A DNA stretch of 51,779 nucleotides, the filler included, from Sphacelaria rigidula (taxonomy: Eukaryota): NCBI GenBank assembly GCA_964200075.2. It is 4 parts of 4 records of this genome, joined end to end, with 100 filler letters (N's around TTAATTAATTAA, not from the genome) between each part and the next. Parts side by side here need not be neighbours in the genome. Positions count along the whole stretch, not along the records: positions 38,913 to 51,779 come from CAXNAA020003347.1; 3 more parts are not named here. One strand, 5' to 3'. Of this stretch, positions 47,146-51,779 are shown piece after piece; the first letter of the stretch is position 1, and every line of letters starts with the position of its first letter. A model generated the notes under the pieces. It was not told the origin of the DNA, ran no database searches, and saw only the letters and a list, made by a program, of their open reading frames with translations. The position numbers were made by a program, and so were the translations under genes.

Positions 47146-49544
47146 TACTACTACTACTACTACTATACTACTACTACTACCACCACCACCACCACGACCA
47201 GCGTTTCAGCACATATAACAAAGACCTGAAATACTTATAATTACATCGACAGTAGCCGGTTGAGCTATAATAGCGACTAATACTGTAACGTTCCCGACGA
47301 AAACAACCTGCGAACCTTGCGCGAGGTGTTGGTTTTGTAGACTACAACATATAAAGTGTGCTCTTATGATTGCAGACAGGCTCACCTCTTCCAAATGTAA
47401 TATCAAGCACCGGCTCCTTTCTTACATGTCTACTTCATGACAATATAACCTCATAACATAACTCCACCGTGATGGACTACATCACAGGGCGTTTTTCATT
47501 TTGCTCTGTCTCTGTCTCTGTCTCTCCTCGATTTTTTTGTGCTTTGTTATGCCCTTCTTCTTGTACGCGAGTTTCCCCAAGCCAGTACTTTCGGTGTCAT
47601 TTTTCTCAAACATGTCAACGTGAGATCATCGTTACGATCATCTTCTAGAGATTCCATAAAGATTCCAAGTAATAAACCGATCTTGTGCGACAGCCAATCA
47701 ATCCATCACTCACTCATTCACTCACTCACTCACTCGATCAACAAGCAAGCAAATATCGATATCTCACGTCTTTGAGCGGCGCCACCCCCTTGGATACGAT
47801 AACCGCCAAAGCTAGTGTCTCGCTGAACGCCGCGATGTACCCCACCGCCATGATCCCCGGCAATTTAGCGTTACCCTGCAGGACGCACATTCACACACGC
47901 ATCCGGGGAGGAGTGCGTGGCGTGGGCCAGCGTCAGGCGGCCAGGGAAGGCAAACCATCCAGGAAAGTAACGTTGAGTTTGCTTGTGGTGATGGTGACGG
48001 TAATGATGGTGGTGAAAATGCGGCCTTCTCACCTTCTCTGTTTTTTTCAAGCGTTCTGTATGACCTGCATACTATACCCTACTCTGAAAAACCGTGGATA
48101 TGAAGGTGCTACCCTGCTAGGAAAAATGGAAAATGGTCTCCACACACAAGGTGAAGCGGCTTGGACCCATATCTAACAAACTAACTGCTCTGGGGAGACG
48201 ACTAAATCTCGTCACTGTTAGCTCTTGCTCGAATCTCGAAGTCCTGCGCTGTCCTCAAAACACTATCACAGAAACCAATTCTGATTGGTCAATTCGATCG
48301 AGGGTCGGGAGAGCTGTACGCGCAGCAAGTGTACAGTGTACCGCCAAGGCTATTACACGAGCTAGAGATAGCATGTGCACAGTCGGGCGGGGTCTGGAGA
48401 GACAGATACGCGCACGTCCAGTTGTTATCGACATAAATAATATATGTTTTTGTCATGTCATTCTCCACTTGCCTGGGCGTCCGCCACGTAATCCACAAGT
48501 GCAGCGGCCCCTCCCGAGTTGACGATTAGCTTGGCGAGCTGGTCGTCAATCAAGAGAGAGGTTCGGTATGCGGTACAAAAGTGCAGGGTTAGATTCCTCG
48601 AGTGCTGAACGGGATTGGAAGCAAAATGAGCGCTGGGACTTTGAAAGAGGCACACACTCGGTCGGACTTATTGGCAAGGGGTGTATGATGCTTTGAGAGA
48701 GTAAAAAATTAACAAGAGTAATTCATCATTGAGGCTTTGCAGTTTACATGTATTTATATTAGGCTCGGGATATATATGCTTGGTGGTAAGGGGCTATATC
48801 ATGTAGTCACTAGGGTCGAAGCTCTCGAGAGCAGGGCGGCGCGTGTACTGCGCCAAGTTGATGGGGGGTTTTAGTGGGAGCATTCCCCACACTGCCTTGA
48901 GCCACAGCTCAAGGCGCCTTCCCCACATGATCNNNNNNNNNNAACTCGCTCGCGATCGTGGCGATCGCCAGCGGGGTAAGTGTTGGGTTGGGTTTCCTCC
49001 TTCCATCAAGGAAAAAACAAAATCATGTAGTTAGCTCTTTTTTGTCGTTCTTGCTTTTATTTCTGTCACAACCTGGGTGTATGCTGCATGCGATTGTGAT
49101 CGTCCCCACCACACCCTTTTATACTAATTTCTACCCACGAATGTATTCAATTTTTCGGAACGCTTATTTCCGACCGCTTGTTGTATTGCATTGTATAGTG
49201 CTGTTTTTGTTATTTGTAGGGGTCGGGGTCAGGGTCAGGGGCTTGGGGTTGCGGACGCTGCTTAGTGCATTGTGCTGCTTTTTTTTGTGCTTGTGCTTGA
49301 CTGCTTCATAAATCTCGTATTGTGTGCTTTTCTCTTTTTCGTTTACATTTTTCTCTTCTGTTTATGTTCACATTACCTCGGGCGTGTGCTTGGCAATCTC
49401 TCGGATGCACGTGGAAGCATTCTTGCGCACGTACAGATCGGAGTCCCTAAGACACTTCAAGATGTTGGGGAACACCTCCGCTTCGACCACCACCTCGGCC
49501 AGGTCTACGGAGTGCTTCGCGATTTGCCCCAGGCAGCAACACAC
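43930..49544 (-). CDS. SPAG6: Sperm-associated antigen 6 / PF16 axonemal central-pair armadillo-repeat protein; five internal exons
   Basis: Exons 49377-49544, 48473-48538 (GC donor), 47768-47875, 46364-46489, 43930-44022, all phase 0. Translation: VCCCLGQIAKHSVDLAEVVVEAEVFPNILKCLRDSDLYVRKNASTCIREIAKHTPE|LAKLIVNSGGAAALVDYVADAQ|GNAKLPGIMAVGYIAAFSETLALAVIVSKGVAPLKD|ALVAEPEDHIKAACAWSLGQIGRHTPDHARALAE...|...SSDDLRTKSKRALKAILAKCTHLQ, which matches recalled PF16/SPAG6 sequence. Confidence 0.93.
44295..44418 (-). mobile_element. LINE family A 3' fragment with 16-bp target-site duplication
   Basis: AACGGGGATAGGGGGG occurs directly on both sides (44278-44293 and 44419-44434). Confidence 0.8.
44494..44775. 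mobile_element. MITE with 25-bp perfect TIRs
   Basis: CAGCCGATCATCGAAATTGAGGATG ... CATCCTCAATTTCGATGATCGGCTG. The interior is homologous to the arm of 36378-36774. Confidence 0.75.
45456..45635. repeat. 45-bp tandem repeat, 4 units
   Basis: gccttgcattttggtctcgcagattggatcatgaccaacactccc at 45456, 45501, 45546 and 45591. Confidence 0.9.
46959..47195. repeat. (CTA/CAA)n microsatellite, probably a retroelement tail
   Basis: About 235 bp of CTA/CAA/CCA triplets in a SPAG6 intron. Confidence 0.9.
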
Positions 49545-49624
49545 CTGTTCTTTTTGTCGAGGAAGGGCAGGGGGTGGAGGAGGAGGGGGAGGGGGAGGAG
49601 GGGAGGGAGGGGGGGGGGGGGGGG

Positions 49625-49702
49625 ACTCATGATCTTGCATGCCATAGTCATATGACCATTGACCTCGCATCTCTACAAAGCCGGCAATGAGCACGCCGGA
49701 TT
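49625..49702 (-). mobile_element. LINE family B 3' fragment
   Basis: actcatgatcttgcatgccatagtcatatgaccattgacctcgcatctctacaaagccgg, between G-runs; homologous to 5588-5733. Confidence 0.6.
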
Positions 49703-50548
49703 TAGGGGGGGCGGTGCGGAGCGGAACGGGGGGAATGTTTTGGCGTTCAGTTTTCAATCAAATTAAAAACATTCCGAAAACATTCGAACGGGAAAAAGCT
49801 AATGTATCATATCCCATGCATATATATTTTGTTTCCAGGACGCATGAAGGCCTCCTAAATATGTTCACTATGAATTGATGAAAGTGTGTCTTTATCCATG
49901 TGTGCAGAATATCTAATCCACGCATCCTTTACCTAGGAATTCCGCTCCCTCTCATGTGTCTTGTATAAATCACGGGATGAGTGGGTATCGTTGAAAATGC
50001 AACAGGAAGAGGGGTGGGGGATAGGGATTACTTTTCGTGTTGCTCCGGCAGGCGGGGAAGTTGGGTAACTTAGGGATGCAGGGAACAACATACAACAGTG
50101 CAGAAAAGAGGGAACACGGCATGTGATCGACTTCGGTGTCGTGGAACATGGTAGATAACACTCCCCGATGGTGAGTTCTCCAGACTCGATTTTCGGAAGA
50201 CCAGCTCTGTGGAGCTAGCGACGCTTGTGTTGTTGGTAAAATCTAGTCGAGGGACATGTTCCGTACATATGTTTGTATTTTTTGTGTTCTCTTTTTCCGC
50301 TACAGAGACAAAACTAGTGCTTCCCGTTCAAAAAAACAATTTCAACTTTTGGGAAAATTACCGACCGGGGGTAGGTGGGGTCAAGTCTCTCATGACTGCC
50401 TACGGCAGATAAGTGAATGACGGCAAATTTGTGTATTTGTAGTCGCTTGACACCATGTGGCTGATATGTGCATGAACAACAACAACACGACGAACGAGAT
50501 CATGGTAACACCGTATGCCCCACGCAGACGACGCGGTGGGCGGGGAGG

Positions 50549-50630
50549 CGTACTCGTTTGTTGCTTGCCTTAGTCGTTTGATCATTGATCACGCATCCCT
50601 TTCGAGATGAAGCATAGTTACTACTCCTAA
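50549..50630 (-). mobile_element. LINE family A 3' fragment
   Basis: cgtactcgtttgttgcttgccttagtcgtttgatcattgatcacgcatcccttt..., with G-rich flanks. Confidence 0.7.
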
Positions 50631-50974
50631 CTAACTAACTAACGGGGGGGGGGGGAGCTAGACGAAACAATACTGGTGGATGATAACAAAGTCAACATGA
50701 ACGTAGGTATACTTAACTTACTGGAGGAGCACCTTGCAACCGGGGCGATGAGCTGTCCATAACATATCTGTATTTACTCACTATGATCAATACTTCCAGA
50801 TTGCTCTTGCACATCTCGTTGTCCTGTACCCCAGTATACTGATGCGTGTGTGAGTTCGTAACCTTGCTGACCGTGAGCTGTAAATGAACGAGAAAATCAT
50901 CAAGAGCTGGCTAGCTTAATGATCGTATGTTTTTCGAAAAACTTCCGCTACCTACCTACCTACCTACCTACCTA

Positions 50975-51524
50975 CAGTAGTGGGCGGTCTAACTATTCAT
51001 TTTGTGGCATTTTGTGATTTTTTCGTAATTGAGGACTTTCTTGGACTCTTTTCACTTGCCACCCCTTATGACATCAGGAATCTCAAGATATTTGTATCCG
51101 CTTCACATTCCAATAAGAAAAAATCATATCTACTCGATATTGAGTGACTTACGGGCTGACTGGTCATTGGGGGCCCTGCCACGATTCAGCCCAGATTCTT
51201 ACTCTTCTGTATTTTCGGTCGATCGAGCCCGTCCCGATAATATTCGTGAAAAAATGTACAATTTTAATTTTTTGAAATTCTGCCTACTCAGTGCACTAGG
51301 GCCGGAAACCTGTGTTTCACGGTCAATAACACCCTCCTGATAAACGGGGTATTTACTCGTTTCGCCCGATAACACCAACTGAGATTGACTTGGTCACTGT
51401 GTTTCGAACATGGTTTTTTTTGTTGTACCAAAATCTACCGACGCTGGCAATTTCGAGTTCTATCGAAGAGTAGTGCGCGAGGAAACCTCAAAACACCCCT
51501 AAATAGTTAGACCTCCCACTACTG
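50975..51524. mobile_element. Tc1/pogo-type MITE inserted in a (CCTA)n tract
   Basis: TA|CAGTAGTGGGCGGTCTAACTATT ... AATAGTTAGACCTCCCACTACTG|TA, with (CCTA)n on both sides. Confidence 0.75.
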
Positions 51525-51715
51525 TACCTACGTACCTACCTACGTACCTACCTACCTACCAAACGTAGTATTCGGAAATATTCGAGAAACCGTACCGAGT
51601 ATGTTTTGTACTTGCACACGAAATGCCACAGCTTAGTCAGTCGCTGTCACTCTGCCGAAAACCGCCGCTTCATAAAATCATGCACCAGCACCCCTGCCCA
51701 GTTCTCCCCCCCCCC

Positions 51716-51779
51716 CTCCATCGTTGCTCCGTCTCGAAAGGGATGCGTGGTCAATGGTCAAACGACTAAGGCAAGCAAC
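51716..51779 (+). mobile_element. LINE family A 3' fragment (cut by window end)
   Basis: gctccgtctcgaaagggatgcgtggtcaatggtcaaacgactaaggcaagcaac, after a C-run. Confidence 0.7.

Noticed and set aside
46804-47229. Poly-Tyr/Thr/Val ORFs (also 4517-5220)
   Set aside because: They are translations of trinucleotide microsatellites.
13163-49544. Cytoskeletal or flagellar gene cluster (TOG protein plus SPAG6)
   Set aside because: The genes lie on separate, artificially concatenated contigs.

Overview
Intron-rich eukaryotic nuclear DNA, most likely from a brown alga (Phaeophyceae, stramenopile). This is inferred from the short exons in TE-filled introns, a flagellar PF16/SPAG6 gene and TTAGGG repeats. 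The window is not one locus. It is four unrelated contigs of 12875, 12870, 12867 and 12867 bp, apparently size-sorted and joined by 100-bp N44-TTAATTAATTAA-N44 linkers. Contig 1 holds the 3' six exons of an ABC1K/UbiB atypical kinase (At5g05200/ABC1K9-like) and the 3' end of a Copia LTR element. Contig 2 holds 11 exons of a large uncharacterised minus-strand gene with tandem bacterial-type SH3 (SH3b-like) repeats, an XMAP215-like TOG/HEAT domain and a long disordered region. Contig 3 holds the C-terminal 19 exons of ASCC3/Slh1 helicase. Contig 4 holds five internal exons of SPAG6/PF16 plus decayed DIRS-like and Gypsy-like retroelements. The most unusual signals are: two LINE families ending in TGAGTAC(A/G) plus a C-run and sitting in G/C tracts; the exon-module-duplicated SH3b-TOG gene; a nested antisense tRNA-derived SINE pair; a foldback element centred on head-to-head telomere repeats; and 4 GC-AG introns among about 39 donors. 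All gene models and family assignments come from manual reading and recalled protein motifs, not from database searches.
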